Below are positions 22,536-33,471 of a stretch of DNA of 64,000 nucleotides, piece by piece. The stretch spans positions 311,611 to 375,610 of the forward strand of contig OZ253588.1 in the NCBI GenBank assembly GCA_965263185.1, in the 5' to 3' direction. The position numbers and the translations under genes are program-made. Numbering within the stretch: the first letter of the stretch is position 1; every line of letters begins with the position of its first letter. This DNA is from Dehalococcoidia bacterium. Its GTDB lineage: Bacteria > Chloroflexota > Dehalococcoidia > Lucifugimonadales > UBA2985. The notes beneath the pieces are model-generated. The model was not told where the DNA came from. It made no database searches and worked only from the letters and a program-made list of their open reading frames with translations.

Positions 22536-23210
22536 TCATCTTCCAATCTGGAAGTCATCCAGGAGGCCATTACGGACCGCCCACACCACAAGCTCCTGCT
22601 TGGTAGCAACACCCAGCTTGTCCTGAATGCTGTATATCGCGTTTCTAATGGTCAACGGCTGGTTGTTCCTCGCCTCTGCTATCTCTGCGTAGGAGAGGCC
22701 CTGGGCGAAGAGCGTCAAGATCTCCCTGTCCCGTTGTGTTAGCGACTTGGGACCTTCGGTAGTCTTCCGTTCAGCCGTTCCCCGTATTCCCGCCAACACG
22801 CTTCGCAAGACGCTGCTCGGTATTCGATACTCGCCGTCAGCAACCTCCCGGACCGTATCGAGGAGCTTCTCCTTGCCGGAGTATTTCTGAAGGAAGCCGG
22901 TTGCCCCCGCGGCCACCGCCTCCATCACAGCATCCTCCTCCGCGGAGGCCGTCAGTATCAACACCTTGGTGTCCGGGAGCAACTCCGTTATCTCTCTACA
23001 CGCGTCGATACCATTCTTCAAGGGCATCATCACATCCATGACAATTACGTCCGGCTTTAACTTCAGAGCGATGTTGACGGCTGAAGCGCCATCACCGGCC
23101 TGGCCCACCACTTCGAAGTTGCCAGAGCGCTCGAGGACTTCTCGAAGTCCGTCCCGCATTATCTCATGATCGTCTACGAGCATTACCCTGGATTGTTTGG
23201 ATGGTGTCAA
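22536..23210 (-). CDS. NarL/LuxR family DNA-binding response regulator
   Basis: LVDDH, PDVIVMDVMMP, C-terminal LT.R..EIL...AQGLS..EIA HTH. Confidence 0.9.
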   Translation of the reverse strand: MTPSKQSRVMLVDDHEIMRDGLREVLERSGNFEVVGQAGDGASAVNIALKLKPDVIVMDVMMPLKNGIDACREITELLPDTKVLILTASAEEDAVMEAVAAGATGFLQKYSGKEKLLDTVREVADGEYRIPSSVLRSVLAGIRGTAERKTTEGPKSLTQRDREILTLFAQGLSYAEIAEARNNQPLTIRNAIYSIQDKLGVATKQELVVWAVRNGLLDDFQIGR

Positions 23211-23211
23211 G

Positions 23212-24525
23212 TTATCGGCCTCCTTCAGGCGCTCTATATGGAATAGTGCAGGTTACGGCTGTGCCAAGACTGGCTTCTCCGGGAGTCGCTTCAAGCGCTC
23301 CGCCCATTCGCTCCACGTCGACTCTCGTGTTCCTGAATCCGTGACCGCGGTCTTCGTAATCATCCGGGAGACCTATTCCGTCGTCGGCTATCGTCATTCG
23401 GAGTTTCTCGCCGCCGAAGCGCAGCGCCATAGTTACCTTGGAAGCATTCGAATGCCGGAACGCATTGGTCATGGCATTGTGCGCCACGGAAAAGAGCAGC
23501 CTCCGTGTGACCATGGAGAGCTGCGGCTCCTCCCCCGTCTGGACAACCTCTGTGGGAATCGATGTGATGGTGGTGAATGTGGATGCATGTGATCTAAGTA
23601 CGCGGCCAAGCTCCCTGCCTTCGAATATCGGACCGGCGTCGATGGGATGCCGCAGTTCCCACATGGTCGATTTCGACAAGGAGTGTGGTGCCTTGAGCTT
23701 GGCGACCAGTTCCCGGTTCGAATCGTCAGCAAGTTCCACGGCAGTCTCGATTCCCAGACCGATTAAGTAAGCGGATTGGGCAATAGTGTCGTGGATTGTC
23801 TGTGAGAGCTCAATTCGTTCCCGTTGGAGCTCCCTCTCCCGCTCCACGGCCTCTCTCCTCCTAGTGCGTTCCAGTCTGGAGATGAGGTTGACCACGGCGA
23901 CAACCGCGAACATGGTCACGATCCTCGAGAACAAGACCTTCTCCTCTTTGGCCTCAAAGTCGAGTCCCGAGTACAGAGCCAGGCTAAGCGACGTGTATAC
24001 AATGGCGATCATCGTCGCCCAGGCAAAGCTGAGCCTGAACGATGCGAACACCACGGCAAAATTTGCCAGCGCCGGGTAGTACAGGACATGCAAGGCGTTC
24101 TGAAAGCCACCTGATATTGCCAGGCCGGACGTGATTGTAATCGCGTCCATCGCGCTGGGCGCTGGCGCTCAGCGCCACGTCACTCTCAGGGCTGACCGGA
24201 TGCGGTAGTGAACATAGCCATTCAATACAAGCAAGGCGCCGGCCAGCAACGTGTTTGGGATGAAGCTTGGGTGGGTGAAGTCGCCTCGATAGTTGAATTG
24301 CACTAGCCATGCAATCACTACGAACCAGCGCACCCAGACCGATATCCGCAGGCTGTATCGCAGGTCATCCGGGTCAGCCGGACTCGATGTCCGACCGGAG
24401 TCCGCCGCTGTATCGACTGATGCGTTCGACAAATCAGGCCTCACGCTTGTACTGAGACTTGTTTCGAATTCTACATTGCTCCATAGTAGCGTCAAGGTAC
24501 ATTTGTACCCCGGTTTTGGGTACAC
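23212..24525 (-). pseudogene. membrane sensor histidine kinase (HisKA_3) interrupted by an in-frame TGA at 24169-24171; start uncertain (GTG 24444 plausible)
   Basis: ELSQTIHDTIAQ H-box, NAFRHS, DDGIG, GHGFRN; ORFs 24169..24525 and 23212..24150 share one frame. Confidence 0.78.
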
Positions 24526-24633
24526 GTATACCCATAGTATGAGGTATCAACAAACCTTTCTGCGATGCCAACCGGGTGGCATAGTGCTATCGGGGCTCCA
24601 GTACGGGGTTCTCAGACGAGGAGGATTCAGGCG

Positions 24634-27527
24634 ATGAGCGAAGTTAGCTGCCCCCGCTGCAACAGAGCAAACCCATCTAACCATTTCTTCTGCACAGAAT
24701 GCGGCGCCAACCTGCGGATAACTGACGTTGAGGGTAGAGAGAGGCAGTCCCTTGCGAGAGAGCTTGAGTCGGTGCGATGGCAGCTTAATGGAGCCTCCAG
24801 AGAACTTGACCGGCTTCAGGTCCGCATATCCCTGCTAGAGGGCGGCCCTGCTATCCCAAGCCAGCCCCAGCCGCCGGTTCAGGACGACCAAGCGCCGGCT
24901 CGGCCTCAACCTCCGGCTTCCCAACCGGAAGCTCAACCGGCAGACATCCCGCGGGACAGGTCGCCCGTTTCCGAAGGGCCGGCCTACCGGCTCCATGGGC
25001 TGCTGAGCCCGAGCTCAGCGTCCGTGACCAGGGCTGCGAACGCCGGAGAAGCGCTGGGCGGCCCGTCCTCCGGCGCCGCGGCTGGCGTGCCTAATTCCAC
25101 TGGGGGCATTAGCTTCGGGTCTTCCATTGACTGGGAGCACGTCCTGGGGAGGAACTGGTTCGCAATTATCGGTGCAGTATCCTTGGTGCTGGGCCTCGGA
25201 TTCTTCCTGAAGCTGTCGTTCGACAACAACTGGATTGGGGACACGGGCCGTATAGTCCTTGGCATCGCCGCGGGAATGGCATTGCTGGGCACGGGCGAAT
25301 ACGCTCAGCGACGCGTTCCTCTCTGGGCCCAGGCCGTAACGGCAGGCGGGGCCGCCATTCTCTATCTGTCCATATACTCTGCCTTTGCCCTGTATCAGCT
25401 TATCCGGCCCGATGTGGCGCTCTTGTTTCTCGCCGTAGTGGTAGGGCTGGCAGGACTACTAGCCATCCGCTACGATTCGATAGTCATCGGATTCCTGGGC
25501 ATCATCGGCGCGTTTATTGCCCCGGTCCTGCTTGGTCCGGAGCTCCTGGACATCCGGCTAGCTCTCCCGTACATCCTGATTGTAGACCTTGGAATTCTCT
25601 GGGTCGCAACCTTCAGGAACTGGCGCTGGTTCGTCCTGATGGGATGGATAGGCTCCTATGGCCTCTTTGCCGCCGCCTTGGATCAGTTTCCTGGCTACGA
25701 ACCGATCCTGATGCAGGCGGGTCTCACCGCAATGTTTCTAATCTTCGTCGGAGCAACCACGCTGTTCCACATTCTGTGGAGACGCGTCCCGGGGCCGCTT
25801 GACATGAGTATTGTGGCGATAAATGGTACCGCCTTCTTCGCCCTTACCGTTGCCATACTATGGGAGGACTACCAGGTTTGGTTCGGGTTGATTTCGCTGT
25901 CGCTGTCCCTGCTCTACGGGCTAATCGCCTATGCAGCCTTGAAGAGACCAGGCGCACCGACGGAGATAGCCATGATCGCCCTGCCAATGGCGCTTGTCTT
26001 CCTGACTGTCGCCGTACCGATGCAGCTCAGCGGCGTGTGGCTGACCACAGCCTGGGCGGCGCAGGGCGTAGCGCTGGTCTGGACTGGCTTCCTCCTCTAC
26101 AAGACGTCGATGCGGATATTCGGTCTTGGAGCCCTGGCGCTGGCAGCAGGGTACCTGCTGTTGTTCGGCGCCTCCGTCGATCTGAACAGTTTCGTGCCGG
26201 TCATGAACGAACGATTCCTCATATTTGTGGTTGTAATCATTGCGTTCTACGCCGCCGGATACCTGTTCTGGCGCAATCGCGACCTTGACGAGGAATGGGA
26301 GGAGTCCATGCCCCCGATACTGTTAACAGTTGCCAGCGGGCTGACTCTGGGGTTGCTCAGCATGGAAGCTGTGGACTACTTCAGTAGCCGCTACGATGGA
26401 TTCGTGGCCCAGCAGAGCGCAACTAACGGAACACTCCTTTCGCTCACCGCCATATGGTCGACCTACGCATTCTTGCTCATGGCCGTTGGGCTGAAGTGGC
26501 GCTTGCCTCTGGCGCGTTGGGGCGGCATAGGCCTGGCGGGAGCAGAATTCTGAAGCTCCTGGTATTCGACACGTTTGTAGTTCGCCTGGACCCCCTCACG
26601 TCTGTCTCTGTCCTCAACTCGCACTTCCTGACCTTTGTGATAGTGTTGGCGCCTATGGTAGCAATCTACTACTGGTCCCGCAGGGAAAGGGCGCTCTTAC
26701 CCGGACTGGAAATTACCGCCTTCCGGATACTGCTGATTGCCATCAATGTAGTCGCTCTTTGGGGGATGAGCCTCGAAGGGATACGCTATTTCGACAGAGC
26801 GCTTGTCCGGATTGCCGGCATGGCAGCAGACCAGAACGCCATCAACGGCACATTTCTCACTCTAACTGCTCTTTGGTCGATATACGCTTCAATCCTCCTG
26901 GCCGTCGGACTGAGGTGGCGCTTGCCCCTGGCGCGAATGGGCGGCATGGCGCTGATGGCAGCCGCGGCACTGAAGCTGCTGCTGGTCGACACGTTTGTAG
27001 TCAAACTGGCTCCCCTCACGTTCGTCCCTGTCCTCAACCCACACTTCCTGACCTTTGTGTTAGCGCTTGCATTGCTGATAGCCGTGGCCTACCTCTTCCG
27101 CAAGGAGAGAGCGGACTTGCCTGAGATCGAGGCTGAAGCCTTCCGGGCGCTACTGATTGCCATCAATGTAGTCGCCCTCTGGGGGATGAGCCAGGAAGTC
27201 ATCCATTACTTCGACAATCTGGAGATAACGTCTGGCATGGCCCAGGTCAGCGCGAAGCACCTCACGTTGACAGTGCTATGGGCAGTGTACGGCATTGCTG
27301 CTATTGGCGTGGGAATCGTTCGGCAGTCCAGCAGAATCAGGCTGGCAGGGATGGCTCTACTGGCGCTTCCTGTGATCAAGCTCTTTGGATTCGATGTTTT
27401 CCTGCTGGAGCAGGGATACTGGGTCGCCGCCTTTGTGACCCTTGGAGTTCTGCTTCTGGGCACAGGGCTGGCATACCAGCGCTACAGCCAGGCCCTGAGG
27501 GAGTTCCTCTTTCGTGAGAAGGAATAG
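24634..27527 (+). pseudogene. zinc-ribbon + DUF2339 multi-pass membrane protein, frameshifted near 26545
   Basis: CPRC..FCTECG ribbon; WEHVLGRNWFAIIG...GFFLK.SFDNNWIG; C-terminal T.LW..Y...KL..FD; frame switch at GCA G-A ATT CTG AAG. Confidence 0.8.
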
Positions 27528-27568
27528 AAGCGTGGGGCGATTCTCGCGCATTGTGGTCGCTGTATTAG

Positions 27569-29273
27569 CCCGAATCCACCGAAGGACACGGATGGGCGGC
27601 GTGAGGACCGGAGAAGGGGGATGAGAGAGCTACAGGGGAGATGGCCTGGGCTCGATTGGGGTAGATGGGAGGTCGGCGGAGGGACTTCAGTCACCGCACA
27701 GGCCCCCAATGGCCGTCTGCGGGAGCTGGGATGCGCGGGATGGCAAGAGAATAGGCAGCAGGGAACTCCCGCGGAGCTGGTTGGTGCGAGTTGGCGGGGA
27801 CGTTGGGTCAGTGGCGGAGGGCGCCGTCAGGCTGGGAGTGGAATGGCTCGCAGCCGGGCCAGGGCGCGACTGAACTGGGTATCCCAGGGCCAGCGCCGGG
27901 GAAGATGCAGGGTCAATCGGCGTGCCGAGCGAGTGAGCCGTCCGGCCAAGGCGAAGACCCGTCGTCTGAGGGTCTTGGTGGTCACGATCTGCTCACCCAG
28001 GCCGATGCGGGCTGTCCAGCGGGCCAGGTTGTGTGCCATCACCTGTACCGCCAGCCAGGCTCCGTTGGCGGCGAAGCGGCCGGACGGCATGTGGTTCAGT
28101 CCGACACCGTACTTGAGGTCGCGTATCGCATTCTCGATCTCGGCGTGACGGCGATGATCAGCCTCCAGTTCGAGCATCTCCCCATCGCGGTCGGTGATGA
28201 AGCCGTGATAGCTGTAGGTGGCGAAGAGGGCCAACTGGGAACCGGGCGTGGGTTTCACCCGCCGGACGATGAGCCGCACCGGCGCGGCGTCGGGCTCACT
28301 CTGGAAGGGGATATAGGTGGTCTCTGCCACATCGGCGGCGCCGTCCATCCAGTAGGGAATGGGAGTCCAGTCCTCTTCTGGTATGGCCTCGATGACATTG
28401 TGCAGGCTTTTGTGCTGGCGGATGGTGATGGAGAAGCGGACATCCATCTTGCGGCAGACGGATACCACGCTATGAGCGTAGAAGCCGCTGTCGGCCCGCA
28501 TCGTGAGTTGTCCCCTGGCCCCGGCGAAGCGCACCCGCCCCACCGTCTCACGCAGGAAGTGGGCGGCGCCGCGGGCGGTGTTGGCCCGGCCCTCGCGCAG
28601 CCGGGCCATCAGCACGTCTCCGGTTCCGGCGGCGACGGCCAGCAGCGGGTGATAGCCCCGCTGACCGGTGTAACCATGGTGGCGCGCCCCTTCCTTGGCC
28701 AGTCCATAGGTCTCGCAGATGGTGGAGTCCAGGTCGATGGTCAGGGGCCCGTCGCCGGGTCCGGCCCCGGCAGCCCAGGCCCGGGCCAGCAACTCCCGGC
28801 TAACCCGGTCCAGTTGGCGGACATGGCCCCACCTGAAGCTGCGCAGGAAGGCGCCCAGGGTGGAGGGAGCCTTAGCCGTGAAACCGAGAACGCGGGCGGT
28901 CCCGCCGGCGCGTAGCACATCGGCGTCGTCGATGCAGTCGCCACCGGCCAACGCGGAGGCCACCAGCGTCATCATCTTGTCACCGGTGTTGGCTCTGCCT
29001 TTTGCATGGCCCAGGTCCAGGTGCCGGTCAACCAGTTGGGGCAGGCCAAGGCGCAGGGCCAGGGTGGACGGAAGAATCAGCCCGGCATTGGCCACCAGGC
29101 GGTGATCATCGAAGGCGATGCGGATGCGGTCGGGTTGGTGGCGTGGTAGCATCTATTGGGTGCTCCTTTTCCGGGACTGGTTTGCTGTTACAAAACCATT
29201 ATCCCAGATTCAGAGGAGCACCCTTTGGCCACTTCAGGACGCTGACCCGACGCCCTCCTTCGGTGGATTCGGG
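27569..29273 (-). mobile_element. complete IS1380-family insertion sequence, 1705 bp
   Basis: perfect 18-bp terminal inverted repeats CCCGAATCCACCGAAGGA (27569-27586, 29256-29273); 5-bp target duplication ATTAG (27564-27568, 29274-29278). Confidence 0.93.
27827..29152 (-). CDS. IS1380-family DDE transposase
   Basis: IDLDST, GYHPL, LREGRANT, RADSGFY, HRRHAEIENAIRDLKYG, PSGRFAANGAW. Confidence 0.92.
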   Translation of the reverse strand: MLPRHQPDRIRIAFDDHRLVANAGLILPSTLALRLGLPQLVDRHLDLGHAKGRANTGDKMMTLVASALAGGDCIDDADVLRAGGTARVLGFTAKAPSTLGAFLRSFRWGHVRQLDRVSRELLARAWAAGAGPGDGPLTIDLDSTICETYGLAKEGARHHGYTGQRGYHPLLAVAAGTGDVLMARLREGRANTARGAAHFLRETVGRVRFAGARGQLTMRADSGFYAHSVVSVCRKMDVRFSITIRQHKSLHNVIEAIPEEDWTPIPYWMDGAADVAETTYIPFQSEPDAAPVRLIVRRVKPTPGSQLALFATYSYHGFITDRDGEMLELEADHRRHAEIENAIRDLKYGVGLNHMPSGRFAANGAWLAVQVMAHNLARWTARIGLGEQIVTTKTLRRRVFALAGRLTRSARRLTLHLPRRWPWDTQFSRALARLRAIPLPA

Positions 29274-29676
29274 ATTAGGCGGGACACTGATAGCGCTTCC
29301 CGCGCTGTCTGTCGCCGCCGAGCCGATAGCGCACGCGGGCGATCATGCCCTCGGCCCGGCCTTCGCGGCGACCATGCTGCCAACCGAACCCGCCGCCGAG
29401 CCAGTAACAAAACCGGAGCCATTCACGGAGCGTTACTCCTGGCTGCTTCCTGCAATAGTGGTACTTGCTACTGCGCTCATCGGAGCATTCATAGCGAGTA
29501 TTGTTCGCGAGATCCACAGGAGATTGCCTCCGCCCGACCCTCCAGATTAGCGCAGACCTCTTGAGCTCGCAGGACCAATTATCCCAACGCGCCCTACTTC
29601 AAAACCGCGCTCAGAATCTCTATATTCGATGACATTCGTTCGCACATGAGCATACTCTCCGTAGCTGGGGTCTAGC

Positions 29677-30051
29677 ATGAGCGCTCTGGAGGACGGAGTG
29701 AGTCAGAGCCGTGTAGTACCACCAGCGCGGCCGGACACCCGAATGCGGCGCAGGTCGGCAAAGTACTCCTCGACCGCCGTGGTCAGCTTTGCTGTGGTTG
29801 CAGACATAGCCATATTCTACGCCATAATCGAGCGTGACTGCATCCCCGTACAAGGCCCGTGTCACCCCGCTGGCATGGGACACGAAGACGATGAAAACGG
29901 ACAAGAAGGGCGCTACGATTGCAAACGCATCCCTTATTGGATAGACCGGCGGTTGACATGCTTCGCAAGACCTGAATATGATGCTAGCATCTCGTTTGGG
30001 TTGACCTTTGAGCCTGAACACTGCCAGTTTGGGAAATCCCGGATAAGGTAG
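29677..30051 (+). CDS. hypothetical protein (one hydrophobic segment, Cys-containing)
   Basis: 124-aa ORF filling an otherwise empty gap; no motif recognised. Confidence 0.3.
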   Translation: MSALEDGVSQSRVVPPARPDTRMRRRSAKYSSTAVVSFAVVADIAIFYAIIERDCIPVQGPCHPAGMGHEDDENGQEGRYDCKRIPYWIDRRLTCFARPEYDASISFGLTFEPEHCQFGKSRIR

Positions 30052-30090
30052 TCCCGCGCCTCCAGTGAGTCGACCGGGGGCCGAACAAAC

Positions 30091-32339
30091 GTGGAGATAC
30101 GCCACCTAGTGGATACCGTTGCCGCTCCGTTAGACATCCTGAAGTCGCGCTTTGGCTTTGACAGCTTCCGGGGTCTGCAGGAAGAGATCATCGCTAACGT
30201 GCTGGCCGGCCATGACAGCTTGGCGCTGATGCCCACGGGGGCGGGCAAGTCCCTCTGCTACCAGTTGCCTGCGCTGATATTCAAGGGGACCACCCTGGTG
30301 ATCTCCCCTTTGATCGCCCTCATGAAGGACCAGGTTGACGCCCTGAACGCCAACGGCATCCCTGCCCGGGCTATCAACAGCTCTCAACCGTCGTGGGAAA
30401 TCGAGCAGGCGCAGTCGGAGGCTCGCCAGGGACAGGTCAAGATGCTCTACGTAGCCCCGGAGCGGTTGGCCCTGCCCGGCTTCCGAAGCTTCCTCCATAG
30501 CCTGACCTGAGCCTCATCGCCATCGACGAGGCCCACTGCATCTCCGAGTGGGGCCACGAGTTTCGCCCCGACTACCGCAACCTGCTGCAGTTGCGACAGG
30601 AGTTCCCGGAAGTTCCCGTGATTGCCCTGACAGCAACTGCTACGGACCGGGTTCGAGAGGACATCATCAGCCAGCTTGGCCTGCATCGCGGCCAAGTCTT
30701 CCTCTCCAGCTTCGACCGTCCCAATCTCAGCTACTCCGTGCATCCCAAGTCCAATTCCCTGGCCTTGCTGATGTCCATGCTGCAAAAGCGCCGCGGACAG
30801 TCCGCCATAATCTACTGCTTCTCGCGTCGGGAGACTGAGGAGTTGGCCGACAGCCTGAACAAGCGCGGCTTCGAAGCGCTCCCCTACCACGCCGGACTTG
30901 ACGCCGAGACTCGCCGCAAGAACCAGGAGGACTTCGTACGGGACCGGGTCCCCATCATCGTGGCAACCATCGCCTTCGGCATGGGAATCGACAAGCCGGA
31001 CGTCCGCTTGGTAGTGCATAACAGCCTGCCCAGGTCCCTGGAAGGTTACTACCAGGAGACGGGCCGGGCAGGCCGGGATGGTCTGCCCAGCGAGTGCGTC
31101 CTCTTCTTCGCATACGGTGACAAGGCGCGGCAGGACTACTTTCTCAACCAGATTGAGAGCGCCGCCGAGCAACGCAACGCCCGCGAGAAACTAACTCAGA
31201 TGGTGGACTACGCCCAAACCCCCACCTGCCGGCGTCGCACCCTTCTGGAGTACTTCGGTGAGGAATGGACAGAAGAGAATTGCGGCGGTTGCGACGTATG
31301 CCTCCGCGAGGCGGATGACTTCGACGCCACCGAGGTCGCCTTGAAGATACTCTCAGCGGTAGTCCGCACCGGCGAGCGGTTCGGGGCGGTTCACGTGATC
31401 CAGGCACTCACCGGCAGCCGCGAGAAGCGCATCCTGGACCTTGGCCACGACCGTCTCAGCGTCTACGGCATAGTCAAAGACTTCCAGCGCTCCGAGCTGC
31501 GCGAAATCATCGGCCATCTCCGAGCGCGGGGCCTGCTGGCCCTCAACGAGGGTGAGTTTCCAACCTTGAAAGTCACCCCCAAGGGCCGAGAGTTCCTCCA
31601 GCATGGGGAGAAGCTGACCTTACCTCGACCGCAAACTCCCGAGGCGAGCGACGACCGCCGGCCCGGAAGTCGCCGCCCAAGTGGAGCGCCGGCGTTGGGA
31701 GAGTACGATGAGAAGCTGTTCGACGAGTTGCGCACGCTGCGCCGTCGTCTGGCCGATGCTCGCAACGTCCCGCCCTACGTAGTCTTCGGCGATGTGAGTC
31801 TGCGCCACATGGCCGCGGCAATCCCGCAGACCTTGGAGGAGTTCGGACGCATATCCGGCGTGGGTCAAGCTAAGTTGCAGCAGTACGGCGCTGAATTCCT
31901 GCAAGTCATCTGTGCCTACGCAGAGGCCAATGGCATCCCCGCAGTGACCTACGACTCACCAGTGGGCGAACGGCCTGCGCCGGACCCTCAAGAACGCGAT
32001 CGTGGTCATAGGCAGCGAGGACGGGGCGCCACCTTTGAGACTACCAGGAAACTCCTAGCCCAAGGGCTCACCGTCAGTCAAATTGCTGAGCAGCGGGGCC
32101 TCGCTGCCACCACAATCATCGGACACCTTGAGCGCATCAGCGACCAGGGCGAAATCCTCGACCTGACCCATCTCCTGCCCCCAAGCGAAAGGCTGGAGCA
32201 AATCGAGCTCGCCTTCCGCGCTTGCGGCAGCGCCCTATTGCGCCCCGCCTGGGAGTACCTTGGACCCGACTTCACCTACGACGAGCTGAGGCTGGCGCGG
32301 ATTCACCTGCGCCAGCAGGGGCGCCTGGAGGAGGAATGA
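30091..32339 (+). pseudogene. recQ: DNA helicase RecQ (helicase, RQC, HRDC, C-terminal HTH), frameshifted near 30505
   Basis: MPTGAGKSLCYQ, YVAPERL in one frame; IAIDEAHCISEWGHEFRP, ATIAFGMGIDK, YYQETGRAGRDG in the next; join needs one extra base (CTG [G]AC CTG). Confidence 0.9.
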
Positions 32340-32493
32340 TGTCTCGTGATGTCCGCGCACGCCTCAATGGGTGAGATGGGCCCGTTTCTTTGGACTGGAT
32401 CGATGCGGAACGAAGTGAGAGTCCCGCTGCTCCTACCAGTGATACCAAGACTGGCTGCTGTGGACACCTCTCTTAGTTGGACTCTCTCGCGGC

Positions 32494-32891
32494 TACCCAG
32501 AGGGGGAGATGGGACGGGGCTTCCCCCGCGTCCCAGGAATGGATTCCTGCTCAAAGGCAGGAATGACGGTGCAACCACGCCGTGCCCGCGCACGCGGGTA
32601 CCCAGAGGGGGGATATGGGGCGGGGCCTCTCCCGCGTCCCAGGGATGGATTCCTGCTCAAAGGCAGGAATGACGGTGGAACCACGCCGTGCCCGCGCACG
32701 CGGGTACCCAGAGGGGGGATATGGGGCCGGGCCTCTCCCGCGTCCCAGGGATGGATTCCTGCTCGGAGGCAGGATTGACGGTGGAACCACGTCGTGCCCG
32801 CGCACGCGGGTACCCAGAGGGGGGATATGGGGCGGGGCCTCTCCCGCGTCCCAGGGATGGATTCCTGCTCAAAGGCAGGAATGACGGTGGG
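32494..32891. repeat. 105-106-bp tandem palindromic repeat, about 3.7 copies
   Basis: TACCCAGAGGGG recurs at 32494, 32599, 32705, 32811; units carry attcctgc-tcaaag-gcaggaat and gtgcccgcg-ca-cgcgggtac hairpins. Confidence 0.92.
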
Positions 32892-32925
32892 AGGCTCCTA
32901 CCGCTCACGGCCCCTCTTCCGCTCG

Positions 32926-32977
32926 CCCCGCACCAAGTACGGGGCAGGCTTTGAGCTTGTCGAAGGGCGTGAGCGGG
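32926..32977 (-). repeat. REP-like element copy (family of 60376-60742)
   Basis: reverse complement cccgctcacgcccttcgacaagctcaaagcctgccccgtacttggtgcgggg matches the second half of the 119-bp unit. Confidence 0.75.
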
Positions 32978-33069
32978 AGGAGTGTGGCGCTCCAACCGAC
33001 GTTGGCATTGCCAACGTCTGTAGAGAACGCCGCTCCCTGTGGCCGCAACTGGCTCTCACCGGTGGAGCG

Positions 33070-33393
33070 CTACCGCATGGGAGAGTAGTCGGTGGGCCTC
33101 AGTATACGATTGGTTATTCTGGCGACCAGCGGCCCCTCTCGCTCCGTCTCGGCGAAGAGCTTCGCGCGCTCTTCATCCGCCCTGAAGGCGCTCCAGGCCC
33201 GCTCACGATGCGCCATATCGTCGAATGCAAGCATGTAAACGAGTGTGTTGCTGGTCCCCACATCCTCAGTCCAGAACCCCACGGTTTTAAGGCCGTGTTT
33301 CTCAAAGTACCCCATTGTGATGTTGGCAAATCTATGGTTCAGCACCTGTATCTTCCCAGGCATTGCCTCGTACGTCCGCATCTCGTAGATCAC
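33070..33393 (-). CDS. NIPSNAP family protein
   Basis: IYEMRTY...PGK, G...VGFW, R..AW.AF..D, L.PT.YSP. Confidence 0.9.
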   Translation of the reverse strand: MIYEMRTYEAMPGKIQVLNHRFANITMGYFEKHGLKTVGFWTEDVGTSNTLVYMLAFDDMAHRERAWSAFRADEERAKLFAETEREGPLVARITNRILRPTDYSPMR

Positions 33394-33471
33394 GTCAGCT
33401 CCTCTCTTGTCTTGTAGTAGATTCAGTCCAGGGCGCCCAACCCTCGTGGCGCCTGAGGCAGGGGCATCTCA

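Larger units (their letters stand above)
27532..29550 (+). pseudogene. small exported/membrane-anchored protein gene (about 102 aa) split by the IS1380 element
   Basis: removing the IS and one ATTAG copy restores MGRFSRIVVAVLGGTLIALPALSVAAEP...WLLPAIVVLATALIGAFIASIVREIHRRLPPPDPPD. Confidence 0.65.

Noticed and set aside
24169-24171. Selenocysteine or genetic-code reassignment of TGA
   Set aside because: Context is a membrane segment rather than a Cys site, and many genes here end in TGA
32494-32891. 106-bp repeat as CRISPR, or its ORFs as genes
   Set aside because: No unique spacers; ORFs on both strands are repeat translations
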